NCBI GenBank assembly: GCA_003971905.1
Contig: RSEE01000001.1
Span: forward strand, 558,001-622,000
Direction of reading: 5' to 3'
Origin: Moniliella sp. 'wahieum'
Taxonomy: Eukaryota
Length of the DNA stretch: 64,000 nucleotides
How positions within the stretch are numbered: the stretch's first letter is position 1; every line of letters starts with the position of its first letter. Below the pieces are notes generated by a model. That model did no database searches and had not been told where the DNA came from. It worked only from the letters and a program-made list of their open reading frames with translations. Below are positions 37,550 through 51,852 of this stretch, piece after piece. A program made the position numbers and the translations under genes.

Positions 37550-37730
37550 CTCCCTCCTTTTCTCCTTTCTCCTTTTCTCCCTTTCTCCCTTTTCTCCCTT
37601 TTCTCCCTTTTCTCCCTTTTCTCCCTTTTCTCCTTTTCTCCTTTTCTCTCCCTTTTCTCCCTTTTCTCCCTTTCTCCCTTTTCTCTCTCCCTTTTCTCCT
37701 CTTTCTCCTCTTCCTCTTCTCTTCCCATTC
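37550..37730. repeat. Pyrimidine-only degenerate 9-bp repeat (TTCTCCCTT)n upstream of the SPX-EXS start
   Basis: About 180 bp of almost pure C/T. Confidence 0.9.
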
Positions 37731-37825
37731 TCACCTCCGTCGCGTCTCCCCCTGTCTGCCGCCATCTCTGTCATCCTGGGTGTTCGATCTGCGTTCCCCT
37801 TTGTCTTGTACGCAACTCAGCCACT

Positions 37826-40768
37826 ATGAAGTTTGGCCGCTACCTGGAGGACAACGCGCAGCCTGAGTGAGGCGTGCCTATCTCGACTACAAGGGGCTGA
37901 AGAAGCTCATCAAGCAGGTCCAAGGCCGCCGGGCTCAGCGTATTGTTGCGCAACGTAAGCTTGCTCTCGCGGCCTCCGCACCGGTCTCCCGCCGCTGGAG
38001 CACTTTCCGCCGCGCCAGCCTACTCTTTAGCGGCCTCGGGCCATCGAGTGAGCACCAACCCCCCTGCCCAGCACACCTGCCTCAGACGGTACCCAGAGCC
38101 CTGGCGCATCAGGTTACTTCTCCACCGTGGCTGCGCCCTCTCCTTTAATCTCTCCCACAATCAACGTCCCTGCCGATCTACCACCCATTGATTTGGCCAA
38201 AACACGCATGACGATTGACGAGACTATCTGCTCTGTCCCGCTCCACCCTCCTCTACCCATCCCACCACCTGACTCGGCCATGGTCTCCACTTGGCGCTCT
38301 GTCTTATCACACTCCTCCCATCACAGCAGCATGTTTCCTACTGCCAGTAGCATGCGGAGAGGCCCTCATCCACCCGCCATGCCTTCTGTGACCGAGATGG
38401 GCACATCGACCCCTATAGCCTCCGACGATGCCTCCTTTTCCTCGCCACCCTCGGAGATGGTCCCAATGGACCCAGCGCAAGAGGCAGCCAATCAAGCATA
38501 TCGCAATTTGGTCGAAGCGCACTTCGACTATCCAGAACGCATTTTCTTGGCCGGTCTCGACTCGGAACTAAACAAACATACCACACACCTTCTACCTCGA
38601 ACGCGAGGCGGAGTTTGAGGCACGTTTCGCCATGATTGCTCGTCAGCTGCGCGGCGAACTAGTCGATCACCGCCGTGCGTTCAAACGCCACGCTCCCAAT
38701 CACAATGCCATGACCCAGATGCGTCAGTTCGTTGAGGATCTCGTCACTGGATTACCTCGCAGCTCCGCCCAGGCATCCTCGGAAGCCAAACCTTTGGGTA
38801 AGCCCGGCCAAGACCCACCGGACGTAGCGCGGGCACACCCCGTAGACGCCCCAAAAGGGAAGAGACGGCGAAGAACGCTCCTCTTCGTCGAGTAACCACC
38901 ATCTACGATGAGGAGGAACAGCGGTGGGTAACAGCACTGGATAATGTGCCTGCTACGGTGGCGGAGCACATTATTGCTGAGGATGAGCGAACGCGGAGCG
39001 ACAATGTGGCTGCGGTTCAGAGCCGGGATCCGGAAGCATATGTGGCCGCGGCCAAGAAACTCAAAAATGCCATGGTTGAACTCTACCGCGGCTTCTGTAT
39101 CCTCAAAAATTACGCTATTCTCAACCGCACCGGCTTTGTCAAGATTCTCAAGAAGGCAAGCAAAGTGTTGGTATTCATGGCATATCAGACGCTTACCTTG
39201 CCGCTCAGGCTAAGCCTTCCCCGCTTTACACTTCGCACAAAGTCGACGATGATGATCTCGGCTGAGGAGCTGTTCACAGCTTACTTTGAACAGGGGGACC
39301 GCAAACGGGCATTGGCGCGCTTGCGAAGTGTGACTGGTGGCTTTGATTCGGCTGCCCGAACCCACTACGCCTCAGTGTTCCGTGCCGGAATGGCAACGGG
39401 ACTGGCAGCAACGATGACCGTGGATGCGGTGGAGAATGCACTGGAGATAGACCCCCTGGTCCGGGGACCTGAATGGGAGCTGCTCTGGCGCGTCTACACT
39501 GCCTTTTACCTGCCCACCGCCTTTGCTTTCCTTTTTGGCGTGTGCCGCCTAGCGTTCCAATACTATCGTATCAACGCGCCGTTTATTTTGAATGGGATCC
39601 ACGGTCCACGTTAGATCCTCACCAATCGTTTGAACTGCCGGCATGGTTCTGCTTTCACTTGCTCTGGCTGCGCGACTCTCGTTTTCTGATCCGATGAGCC
39701 TGGGCCACCGTCATCCATCCCCCCCCGGCTTGGCCTGCTCTCTGGTTGGCCTCTGCCCTTTTTGTCATCTTTGTCCCAGGACGCATATTGTGGTCCGATA
39801 CCCGTCGCTGGCTCCGCGAGGCTGTTCTCCGTGTTCTATCAGCCGGCTTGGTACCTACGTCCAAGTATGCGATCCAGTTTTCTGACTTCATGCTTGGTGA
39901 TGTTGGCACCAGCTTGACCTTTACATTGTCCACTCTATGGTTGATGCAATGCCAGTACCGTCAGGGTGGGTGGACTTGGAGCCATGCTGGGGATGGAATA
40001 TGCGATGCGAGCACGAGCCGTTGGACGGGGGCTTGGCGATGCTACCTCCCCTGATCCGGTTAACCCAGTGCTTACGCCGCTGGGTCGATTCGAGGCAAAC
40101 GGTTCATTTGGCCAATGGTGGCAAGTACACAGCCAGCATCCTCAATGCCTACACGTACGCTCACTGGCGCTGGATGGGATCAGGTCCAACCGGACTTGGC
40201 TTTTGGATCTGTGCCGCAGTACTCAATTCGACCTACTCGGGCCTTTGGGATGTATTGATGGATTGGTCTTTAGGCAAGACACGGCCCGGTCTGGGTCCTG
40301 ACGGTCAACTCTACCGGGTGGGCAAGCGATTCCATTTCTGCTCCGTGCAGAACTAATGTACTATGAACATTGGCCGGTGTACTACTGGGCCATGGCGAGC
40401 GACTTGATCCTCCGTCTCTCCTGGCTCCTTTACCTCATTCCTCTCCCTAGTTCATTGTCCAGTGGGCTGGCGAGAGCTTTGCTGGTGGCTTGGCTCGAGA
40501 TGCTGCGGCGGTGGCAGTGGATGTTTCTACGTGTGGAGAACGAGCATTTGGGCAATGCGGATCGTTATCGCGCCACGGCCGACATGCCTCTTCCTTACGA
40601 TATGTCCCCCGCCCAGGAAGACGACAAACACACTGCTTCGCTATGGCCCAGTCCCCCTCGGACGAATTTGGCTCCGAGACGGATGCGCATACCCTCAATT
40701 CGGATGAAGCTGATATGGGCAACAGCGATGTGGAATCCGGTCCAGCCCAGCGGCGGGACTCAGGGTGA
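37826..40768 (+). CDS. SYG1: SPX + EXS membrane protein (Syg1/XPR1 family)
   Basis: MKFGRYL..RRAYLDYKGLKKLIK, LKNYAILNRTGFVKILKK, FSDFMLGD, IRLTQCLRRW, HLANGGKY, WDVLMDWSL, EMLRRWQWMFLRVENEH. Confidence 0.93.
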
Positions 40769-42095
40769 CGCCTGCTCGCTCCCTTTTAGATTAGATTGAC
40801 GTGGAATTAAAACTTTGACGCACACTCTCGTTTCTTTCTGTTCTGTCGTTTGCTCAACCCTATCCTCCTTGTTCCAACGTCTCAATTTATGTGGTTTTGA
40901 TTTTCTGATTGTGGGCTCTGGGTGCCAACGTTAGGCATACCACGGTTGGCTGTGGGTGTTGTTGTATGGATACTAGCACACCAATCAATAACTCTTTCTA
41001 TACTAAGACTGAAGCAGCCCCAATAAAACGGTTTGAGCCGATTAATAATTCTGGATGTGCTTGCAGGCAGGAATCAGGGCCGATCAATGGGGACCACCTT
41101 CTACATGCACGTGCGGTTCTAACCTAAGGCACCCGCTTCTATATGAGCGTCTGGCAGTTCCCCATTACCTCCTTGGTTTTCTGCTTCCTACGTCCCCTCC
41201 ATATATAGTCACCCATGTGGATAAAATATCAGAGGAGGGCCATAGTAGTACTCACAGGAAAGTGTTATACAGTAGGTGTATAGGGGGCTCAAGGCCCTAC
41301 AATCATTACACGGCCTAATGTTTAACCACAAAAGACACAGGAGCACAGGTGTGGATTGATGATATCGATTAGCCTCGTGATGGCATGGAGCGAAGAGGAC
41401 CCAGCACTATACTGTTGCATTTATGTCATTATTCCGTACAGAGCTTACCGCTGTGGGACAAAGATGAGCTGCGCTGAACCGGTCTGCTCAGCAATCTCAT
41501 CCGGCGTGTGGTGCTTTGTTATAAACGCCAGTGGGCCCCGCACTCTTCCCACTTTCATCCGAATCTGGGGGACCACCACAAAAGGGGCTTACTCGCAAGG
41601 GAACTATACTGTATACTTCCATTTCCTATGAAACCCGAAAGGCCATCAAAAATCGACACACGTTCACAATGCATCGACAAAACAGTACTCAGTCCGGAGG
41701 GAAGAAGCACCCCAAGTGTATGCAAGACGAGAACGACAGAAAAACGCGAGAAGAGGGGCTGTACCAGAACGTTTTTGTGTATACTAATGGAAACTCAAGC
41801 GTGTGAAAATTGGAATTCAAAGAGCCAGTCAAAGGAGGGAATGAGAATAAATGGTGTCGTGGGCCCGGCCAGACGGACAATACGCAGGCGAGATCCCGTT
41901 TGTGAGAAAGAGGAGACAGGGGTTATAGGGCATTGGAAGGTGAGGTACCAGCAGTACCAATATGGCGGATCGGACGGGAAAAAATCAAGGAATTAACGGA
42001 AAGTCGGACTTGTATAGGACGGGGGTAAGGGGTTGAAGAGGGACCAGGAAACGTAGAATAAGGAAAAAAGAAAACGAAAGAGCCTATGCTTGTGC

Positions 42096-43474
42096 TCATG
42101 TTTTACATCGGTCCACGCATACGTGCTTGAACCGCTGGTTGGGAAGTGCCATGGGGGAAATAGCTTGACCAGGCAGTGTTGCTGGTCTCGTGGCCTGAGC
42201 AAGAAGTTGTTGGTGAGTACTGGTGCCTTGGGTATAGGTCAACCGTTTAACCGTGCGAGTGTGTTGGGCGGGTAAACAGGGTAATAGGTTGCCGCGGCTT
42301 GGCCAGTTCGGTCCAGCTGTTGGAAGAAGAGACCGTACTGGCAACGGAGGTGGTGGAAACAGAGTGCGCCAGCGCCGTAGGATTCGTTGCCCATCGACTG
42401 AGCGACGGGCTTGGGGACGAAGAGCGTGATGAGGAACGTCGAGGGGAGAATAGTGGAAGGTAGGGGAGGTTCCGGACGACGAGCTGTGGTCCTCCGTCAG
42501 TCCTGGGGAGGTAGGGCAGGAGGTAGCATATCGACCCGTAGGAGGATGGCGAGCCATGTACCCTCCTTCCTCACAGGAGGATGGCACTGCCCTCTGCATG
42601 GAGAAGGGGTGGAGGCAATGGGCAAATAATCCTCTCTTCAGAAGATGAGAGGTAAGATGTGCTCGATGCCGGTGAGGCGGGTGAGGTCGAGTCTTCGTTC
42701 CAAAAAGGCACTTCATCGGGCGGAAGCGATCGGAGGTGGACCCTCTTTGCCATGGCACGGGCGTAGCGCTCCACTTCTTGGCCTGCCTCTACACAGCGAA
42801 GGTATTGCCCCCTTCGTCCCATTTGGGCGGGAGTCTCAGTGAGCGCGAAAAAGGGAGAGAAGTGCTGATCCAGTTCGACCTCTTCAATGCGCAGATCGTA
42901 ATCCAAGAGGTACAGCAATTGCTTCTCCATCAAAGCCACCTCGGGTGGAGAGAAGAGTTGAGCATAGCGGCACCAGTGTTTGTTTTTTGGGGAAGAGTCG
43001 TTGAGGTACTTGGCCGCCACAATGAGCGCAGCCAGGAGAACGCGGTGCCGTGTGCAAGGCATGCCCCTTGTCACCCGTGGCAGGCGCGCCTTGAGCCGTG
43101 CAAGGTAAATGAGCGTACAGAGCAGGGTGGGTACCTGCACGTTTGACCGTTCCACTAGTGACGTCAGAAAGGACTCGAGACTGGGGAGCCCATCTACCGC
43201 TGTACGCCGGCAGGGTCTGCGTAGGCAGCGGCAAGGGCCACAGGGCCTGGGACGCCGCTAAGCGGGGTCGACGGGTGGAACACCAGATGCGCCAGGAGGG
43301 TTGGGAAGAAGGTGAGCCGCTTGGGTGCGATGTAGACGACCATGCTTTTGATACGGGGCACTTGACGAGGTCGAGCAAGGCGGGCGTGTGGACCATCTTG
43401 GGGAGCAGGCTGGCAGGGTGGCGCCGGAGCTGGGAGGAGGAAAATCCTAGGGCTTCCATGGTGGGGGCAGTCAT
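42096..43474 (-). CDS. Pho85-type cyclin (Pcl1/Pcl2 family); 3' end approximate
   Basis: [79 protein letters not shown]. Confidence 0.92.
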
Positions 43475-46400
43475 GGTGGTAAGGGGGGAGCGGATGGGAA
43501 AGATGGGCAAGAAGAGGGCGGATGCGGTCAAGGGACGAAGGGCACGGTGCGAGGATGGGTGTTCCGCTTTCCCGATGGGGAGGGTGCTGGGAGAGGAAGT
43601 GTGGCGGTGGAAGTGGGGGGTGGATGCGAGGGGCCTGGATGCGGCCGAGACGCCTGGTTTTATTCTTGTTGGGTCTCCCGGACGGTGGAGGTGCTTGTCT
43701 TGTCGGAAGTGTCGTGCCGGCGTAGGGCCGCGAGAGACGGGACGTGCTTATACCAAAGAGGCAGGCGCTGGCATGCATGGTACATCCCCACACTGTCCCT
43801 ATGCCTCCCCGCCCGCCCGCGCTCGGCAGTGTGCAGCGCGGCTGGCATTTCCTCATCAGTGCATCCCCCTTGGCCGCCGCCCGGCAGGCAGTACGCCAGT
43901 TTGGCCGCCGCTAATGCCGGGGTGGCCAACACTGCCCTGGCGCGGTCTCATGCCGGGTGATCGGCCCAGCAAATCAGGTGTGCCCCCGTGGGACTGGGCC
44001 GATCGATTGGGAAGCAACAGGCACGGGGCCTGCTTGTTCGCGGGTCCATCACCGATCATCGATGCCCTCAGTCCCCTCGGCCGACAGCACTCCGTCTGTG
44101 TTCGTACCGCCGTCACAGAGCCAGCACCGCCAGAAGGCATCCCCACACAATAGCCCGGGCCATGCCTGTCATTCCGACGTCTTGTCCTCGACTGCACGAA
44201 GCACCTGGCCCACAACCGCTGTGTCGCTTGCCCCTTCTTACCCCATTCCCTGATCTGCCAGCTGAGCCTCAGTGCACTGAGGCTCAGCTGAGCGTTGACG
44301 CTTTTTGTGGACAACCTCTCAACACATGCATGTCGGGCCAACAATGAGCTTGCCGTCTGAGATGAAGGGACTGCCTATTGCGGACATGGTCCCCAAGGCC
44401 CAACTCTCCCTCTTTCCACCCGTATTACAGGCGCTCGGAAGCAACAATTCGTCAGAGAGTAAGAGATTGAGCCACTGTGCGCTTCTGAGTTCTGTTGTTG
44501 GGGCAGCCGTCGTTCGCACGACTCGTATTAAGCTGTGGATATCCGCGTAGGTCTCAGATTTTTCAATAATGTTGTGGCAAAAAAACAAGGGATGTCCGTA
44601 AAATGTAGTAACTCTGATGCAGATGATGTCGACGATGTCGATGATGATCATCATGTAGAAAGGTGATACAAGTGAGATACATGCTCTTGTCTGGAGGCTG
44701 CAACGGAAGATGAGTGTGCTAATCGCCATCCCCGCTCCAGTTCTCTGTTGTTTCTGGTGATGATACAGTATCATCGCGTGTTGCTTTGGAGCCGTGCAAA
44801 TATGAATTGACTGATCTGCGCGGCCCCCGGCCATTATTATATGACCTACCTATCCAAGCACGGTAAACCATTATATCACTGTGTATAATAGTGGCTGTGA
44901 TCGCCACTGTTGCATTCAAAGGGACAAAGAAAAGCTGCCACGCTTAGACCGGTCTGCGCATCAGAGCTGAGCCGCTCATCCGGCGTATGTATGCCGCTGC
45001 TGATCAGTTTTGATCGTACTCAAAACGTTCGTTATACGTTCTTCACAGCCACACAGTGAGAACGTGGTGAGGACGAGGTGACGTGGCATGATACACATAA
45101 CGATGTGCCATGTGCGGTGCGTGGCATGGATGAGAGACCTGTGGCGTTGCCTTGGCCTTACAGAAAGCACCGCGGAGAGACAAAAAAGGGTGTATAGGGT
45201 CCGATGCCTCTATTATATGCTTCTTTCTTTTTGTCTTGCACAGGCCAAGTTGTGATTATTAGATCAGGTCCATTTTGGCGGGGTTATATGAAGACAATGG
45301 GATTACTCGATTACAGTCTCACAGAGCTAGCCAATTGGGCCTCTGGCAGGCGACAGATGTCACGCGTGCCATGCCATCATGCATCATGCGTCACGCGTCA
45401 TGGCGATCCGTCCCAAAAGGCTCACACATTGTTCACACGGCACAAAAGAGGGCCTAATACGCCGCCTGTATCATACGCGTAAAGGTCTTCGGCTGCGGAG
45501 TTCAAATGAGGATTGTACACCAAACCCACAGCTTTCCCCCCTATGGCCCTGAAGCCGGAGAGGGCCAGCACTGGGGGAGGATGATCGATGGCCTGAGGGC
45601 CTGAGGCCTGTGGCAGAATCGATGAGGAGGTCCCAGACTCCTAGGGATGAGAGGGATGATCGATGAGGCCTGAGGGATGATCGATGATGGATGAGCACTG
45701 CCGAGCTCAGCGGCTGAGCCTGCTGGTGAGCCTCATCAGTACTCAATACTCAGTAGTGAGATCTGAGAGCGTAGGTGACTACGTCCCGCAGCGAAAAAGT
45801 GCATCTCTCTCTTGCGGGCCCCAAACCCCAAATGCACCTCATCACAGCTTTTTCAATGGCCTCTGCCAGGCTTCTTTTCGACGATAGGAGAGTTCAATAT
45901 GCAGTGACGAATGACTTTATTAATGACTGAGCATTATGGACATCCTCAATGCTCTCCTCCATATCAGAAGCGAGAATATGCTTGATTCGTTTTCTCTTCT
46001 CGATGTTCCAGCGAGACATTATGAGAACTTTTGCCATCTGAATCTTATCACTCCCCCTCCTGATAATCCATCTGTGCAGGCGACGGCCACAAAGGGACAG
46101 AAGATATACTCGTTCCTCCTCCACACTCTTAGTGGACCTCTCCGACCATCATGGGCTATATTCACGTCACCGCGTCACCCGGGCCCGAATGCGACCTGGA
46201 CTATACATTGTGTCGCTTTACGGTATCGGCAAGGGTCCATACAAGAGATCAAGTCAAGTCGCGGCCAAAATGCCGACATAAGATGCCCATCGTGCATCAC
46301 GAGCCTCACATGTCCAAGGTTTCCTTCGATTCCTATTATAGCCCCTCGTTACTGAGCTCTTTCCCCTGTGTCTTTGTGGGCCCCGCTGCTCCGCGTAATG

Positions 46401-47072
46401 CGCAAAAAAGAAGACCAATGGTGCAAATTCGCTAAGGGCGCTGAGGCCTGAGGGCGCTGATGCATAATGCCACACATGCCAGGCAACGTGTCTTTTCATA
46501 CCAACATATACCGCAAACGAGTCCCAGAAGAAATCACAAATAGCCACAGTGGAACTTTAGCTCGGTAGTGTCAGAGAAAAGATACATGATGCCATGCATG
46601 TCATGGAGGACACGCATGGACAAAAGTCCCTGGTCGCCATGTGAGCTATAAGTACAAACTAAGTCAAGAATGCACCTGCGTCCGTCACGCGTCAATCAAT
46701 ATTCAATCCCATAAAAACGTGCAAACAGACCCCAATCTCCTCAAAAGCCAGAAGGAAGTGAGGCCTGAAGCAAAAGGGCAGGGAGTCGTTACGCCCGTAA
46801 AAGCAAAAAAAACAGGTCGTCGTCGACTGTCATCATTCAAAAGGCGTTACTACGCGTTATGCATGTACACGTACGTTAAAGTGGCGCATGCACAGCAAAA
46901 AAGAAAAGGTCATCGATCTCATCAGTAAAGAAAAGTCAATCATTGGGTGCCTAGCAGACTCAAGCCAGCGACGGTCCGACGGTCCCGTACTGACTTGTTG
47001 TGGGCTCATGATCGTTAATGTTGTCGTTCAATGTTGGATGGTCATGAAGAGTTGTCGTTTACGCGGTGCAAG

Positions 47073-49155
47073 TTAGTGGGCCTCCTTCCCCCTTGCCGTC
47101 ACAGCCATCAGGACCTTTGGAGCACGTATTGTCCTTCTCCTTTCTGTTCCGCCAGACTTTCGCACACACTTGGTCCAGAATCTGGTGCAACCGTACTCGA
47201 TTGGCATATGCCCTTGTAAGCCTCGTGCGCACTTTTGATCCAGCCCACTATGCCCAGTGATCAGGATCTGCATCATGAAGGCTTCGATCGTCATGGGTGG
47301 AATGTTGCACAGCAGCTGATGACCCGTCATGTTCCAGCGCATCCCCGAAGCACCACAGATCAACCCAAGGATCAATACAGGTCCAAAATGACGGCCCACT
47401 CATGCGCGAAAAGAAAGAGCATCGTGTCCGATACCGTGCGGGTCCATCGCCAGAGCCGCGAAGAGGAGAGTTTTTCTTTCGTGTGTGAGGACGCGGAGAT
47501 GGAAAAAGTGGAGGTTAGAGGGCTGAGTTCGGGAAGTACGATCCCGTTCGTTGAGAGAGAGGTTGCAATATCTTCCTCCTTCAGTTCCTTGTTATTCGGG
47601 ACAGTGCCTTTCCCATCGTTCTCCTGCTTTTCCAGGTCCTGTTGGGATTTTGACACCGTTGCCCCCTCCTCCTTCATGTTCGTATATAGGCGCAAGCCCC
47701 GCCTCCCGCACAGCATCCATCATCACGTCATCCTGCCGGGCCAAATCTTCGAACCACGGATCCTCCCACTCATCCAACCACATTTGCATGTTCCGTAGCA
47801 CGAAACCGTCGTGTAACCCGACCAAGCCGCGTAGGTACCGATAATCAACCACCAGTCGTCGAGAAGTTCATGGGGGCACCAATGGCAAGCCAGACGATGA
47901 GTACCACGATGAGGAACGATGCGAGTAGCGTGCCTACTACTGAGGCGTACACTTGAATGCACTTCTGGACTAGGTTCGCACGCGGAAGAGAGGTACAAAT
48001 CGGCATGTTGCTCGCTCCAACCGAAGAGAGGCATTGCGGCGAGCTATCCTCAGGCGAAAGGACCTTCTTGGTAAGTTGCTTGCCTGTGAGGGGGGTTACT
48101 ACCCTCGGCAGCGGGAATAGCGGGGGATTCTGCGTGAGCACCCTCAGCCGGCCAACCGTCGGTCGAGGCGCGAAGTTGCCTCTGTACACACGCCAGCGTA
48201 CCGACCATTTTCTTCGCGCGCAATGGCCAAGAATGAAACGTAAAGATCATCCATGCAGACAAGGCCGTGTTCCAGTCTAGCTGCCGCAGGTTGCCCACTG
48301 CATCGACGGACCGAACCCGATCCAGATGAGAAGGGGACCCAGAACAAAAGACGGAGAATATGGCCGATGAGGAAGGCAAAGTAGGTGAGCATTTTTCCTA
48401 TACGGGATTCCTTGGGGAGCGGGGGTCAAGGGAGTCAGGTTGGATGCGGGTGGTGTGTGGTGTGGACGTGGTGCTGGGGTTGGTGGTGATGGTGGTGCTG
48501 GGTGGGGCCAGGTGCGGGTGAAGAGGTGTGGGATAGTAGGGCAGCAAGGGCACTCAGATTGGACCGGTTGGATGCCGTATTCATCCCCACCCGGATTCGG
48601 AGAGGCAAGAGGTGCTTACGAACACGGTGGTGGTACAAACACTCACGGAGCATGGTGAGGTTGTTCGCGGCCCTAGATCGAAGTAACGAAGTCGACCTCC
48701 GCGTTTTCCCGAAGATCATAAGCTGATGGCGCATAAGTAACGGTCCCACACGTATGAGAAGATTGCTTGTCCGTTGCCCATCATCACGATCTGCCACGTT
48801 TGGGTGTGGTAGGGGATCCCAACAAAGACCTAGCACAATAGGATGGCTTGAATCAAGACGAAGACCAGGAGCGAGCCCGATTGATGCACGAGCCAGTTGA
48901 GCACGCGGTCGATGCATGAGAGAGGCTCTTCCTCGTCATTTTCGTCCGTGTCATAGGCCTTCAGTAGAGGATGTGGGGGAGAAGGTGGTAGGGTGGACGG
49001 TAGGTGCGGTGATGGTGAGATCGCGCTGGAAGCGCAGCTGGCGCACCATACGCTGCAGCGGTTGCGGTAGGGGCATCTTGGGTCGATGGTGATGATGCAG
49101 ACGACGGATGGTGTTGGAGACAAACAAATCTATTATATTGTCGATGATGGGCCAT
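47073..49155 (-). CDS. FET4: Low-affinity Fe(II) permease (Fet4 family); indels and intron
   Basis: IDRVLNWLVHQSGS, LMRHQL, WLAIGAPMNF, WWLIIGTY..GLHDGFVLRN, MRWNMTGHQLLCNIPPMTIEAFMMQILITGH. Confidence 0.88.
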
Positions 49156-51852
49156 AGTAGTAGATCTATAGACCGTCGCTAAGTTTGTGGTAAGCGGAGT
49201 GGTGGTGTTGTTATCTGATCTGATAAATGATGGCAGATGACAGAGTGTCGGGAAGGTGAGGAGGGGAAGGAAAAACCTCGAGCTAGTAAAAGGGCAATAG
49301 ATCATCGCGAGGAAAAATAACCTCAGAAAAAGCTCATCCTGTTGGATATGCAAAACCACAAAATGGCCCGACGGCTATAAGCGTTGTATGCATATCTGGC
49401 AAGTATGGTATTGAGATAAATTGAGGGATGTTTGCATGTTCAACATGATGCATGATGCATGTTGATGGACAATGTGTGCCATGGGAAGACGAGAGTCAAA
49501 CAAAATGTGCCAAGCTTCGTCCGTGCCCAAACGGATACCTGTGCCATCCAACTTTGACGCCAGTCTCGTTTCACCCTGAGTTACCCTGTCTAGTGTATAG
49601 TACTCGCCCCATATACATGCAAGTGTCTTGTTTAATATTGTTGCGAATGGGTGACCGACTGCCCCCCTGCTGCCCTCTCGCTGTATGGCATGACATCGCC
49701 CGACTCCGGTTGTGGCAGCACTGTCGGGCAGTATAGTCCTGCGGGGTTGGCCAGCCCATTCGCTGCAGCGGGAGCCTGTATACAGTAGTGTTTTTTTATG
49801 GACTAAATGTTAGAGTTCACCGGCTTTCTCCCTGCTCCCTTCTTCTCAGATCTCAACGTTGAGGCGGAGGTGAGCACTGAGGCCCTGAGGCCTGAGGGCC
49901 CTCAACCTTCCGTCTCGCACCTCCTGCTACGCTGCCACAATATTTCTCTGGGAAAGGCCCCCAGCAACAATCGATATCACTCGGTATTTGGCATTCCTCT
50001 AGTTGTCATATCGCATTTCGTTTGACATACCAATATTCAGATGCAGAGAAGGCTTGGGGGGATATCATCATTATCAATGCATCACCGTTCAACGTGTTCA
50101 ACACGTTCAACCCGTTTCCGTGGTGGTGGCGACCCCCCTATCCTCTGGGTCCGTTTCTTCATCCGTCGCACCACAAAAAGGTTCACACCTCATGTACCGG
50201 CACTGACACGGTATGTGTGCGTTTGCAAACCTTATTGGAAACTGTTGCGCCAATACCACAACCAGTGACTCCAATCAGATGGCCGCAACTGAGTATACTG
50301 ACGGAAAAAGCAACTGGGCTGAGAGTTGTTCACAACGTTCATCACATGTCACGAGCGCTGCGGAGAACGAGGTATATCGAGTCAAGCGGTAGATGCCGTC
50401 CGTGGAGAGAAGACACGGCGGGGCTCAGCGCTCATCGAGATCAAGGGGGGGCGAACACTCAGTTACTCATAGGAGCACAAAGCAAGACGCATGTGCGTTG
50501 ACAGGGCAGGGGCTTGTTATAGTGCCAGCATCGCAGAGGGTCTCTCTATTAATGGAAAGCTATCATCTCCATGTTAAACCTGGTACATGTGCGGCTATAT
50601 TACAACACTCTGGCATGGGACGCCAATGTCCACAACGCTCGTTAGCTTTTCTCGAGAACGATGACAGGGAAAGCAGAGGGAAGGAAATCATATGGAGGAA
50701 GAAAGAAAGGTGGGCCCATGCGCAGCCGTCAGCAGGCACATCATCAGTGAAGTTAAGATATAAATATCTCATTGTTTTGGGATCATATAGCTTTGTGCTT
50801 ATTTCTATCGTACACTCACTGATCTAAACCCCTATATACTCCTCCAAGGCGTGGACCAACTTGGGGCTTGTGCCTTTTCGTGACCAACAGTTCCATGCAT
50901 CTACACTTGATGTAACACTCTTTGCCTGTTCGCCCACTATAGCCCACAATTTGGCATATCTCTCTTTCCCCTATACACTTGCCTTCCTCCTCTCATTTCC
51001 TATTCCTCACAACAGATGGGCCACAGGGCCATTTTTGGCGTATGCACGAACCTCTCTCTTTTTTTCAAAGGGGGGGCTAGCCACTTCGCGCCTCGAGATG
51101 CACACGCGCAAGATGACCTCTCAATTGTGTCTGTTCCCCATTTGGCCTCTCACATGCTTTTGTCTGAGTCTCCTTCGGTTTCATGGTCCACTAGGGAGAA
51201 ACATGCTGACGGCGCTGACGAAGAACTATGTCTTTTTTGAGCTTTTGAGATCTGGACAAAAGAGGGGTCGTCCCACAGTTTTGATATTCTCACCCCTCTC
51301 ACCGGCTTTTTCAGATTCTCACCACTATACTAGCTGTATGCTATTGTTGGGATCGTACCTCGACTACGAATGGGGCACGCCCCTTCCCTCTTCCGACCAA
51401 GTGCCAAACGGAGAAGGGTGAGATAAATACATGCACTCACATCCGTCGTCGCCCCAGACGGCTGACAACCAGAGGAGTCTTTTCTGCATGGTTACGGTAA
51501 CCAGGTGGGACCCAAAAATAGACCCAGACAAAAAAAAAACAGGGCGCAGCGCTCAAAGCCCCCATAATAGGCCGGCTGCTGGGTAAGAAAGGGTAGACGA
51601 AAAGTCCAATGTGCATAATAGTGTCGTCAAGGGTCAAGTTCAAGACGTCAAGCAAGCCTTGTTAGCCTTGAGGTGGGCCATCAAGCTTCAAGGTGGGGGT
51701 CGCGAGGCAGTCAACAGGGTTCGAGCGACAGCGGGGAAAGCCCCGCGCGTACATAAGGAAACGGCAGATCAAGGTTCCCCCCCTGCACCAATAAAAGGGT
51801 AGGGACCAGGGAGCAGAAAGAACGTGTTTCACAGAAAAAAAGACCCAAAGCT

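Noticed and set aside
37377..37866. ORFs rich in FSP/GEK/REK repeats
   Set aside because: Translation artefacts of the (TTCTCCCTT)n tract.
37826..49155. Phosphate/metal gene cluster (SYG1, Pcl cyclin, FET4)
   Set aside because: The cyclin is of the Pcl1/2 cell-cycle type rather than Pho80, the spacers are long, and no shared motif was seen.
49807..51421. Several 70-190 aa ORFs between FET4 and the RhoGAP gene
   Set aside because: No recognisable motifs or consistent frame; probably intergenic or decayed sequence.
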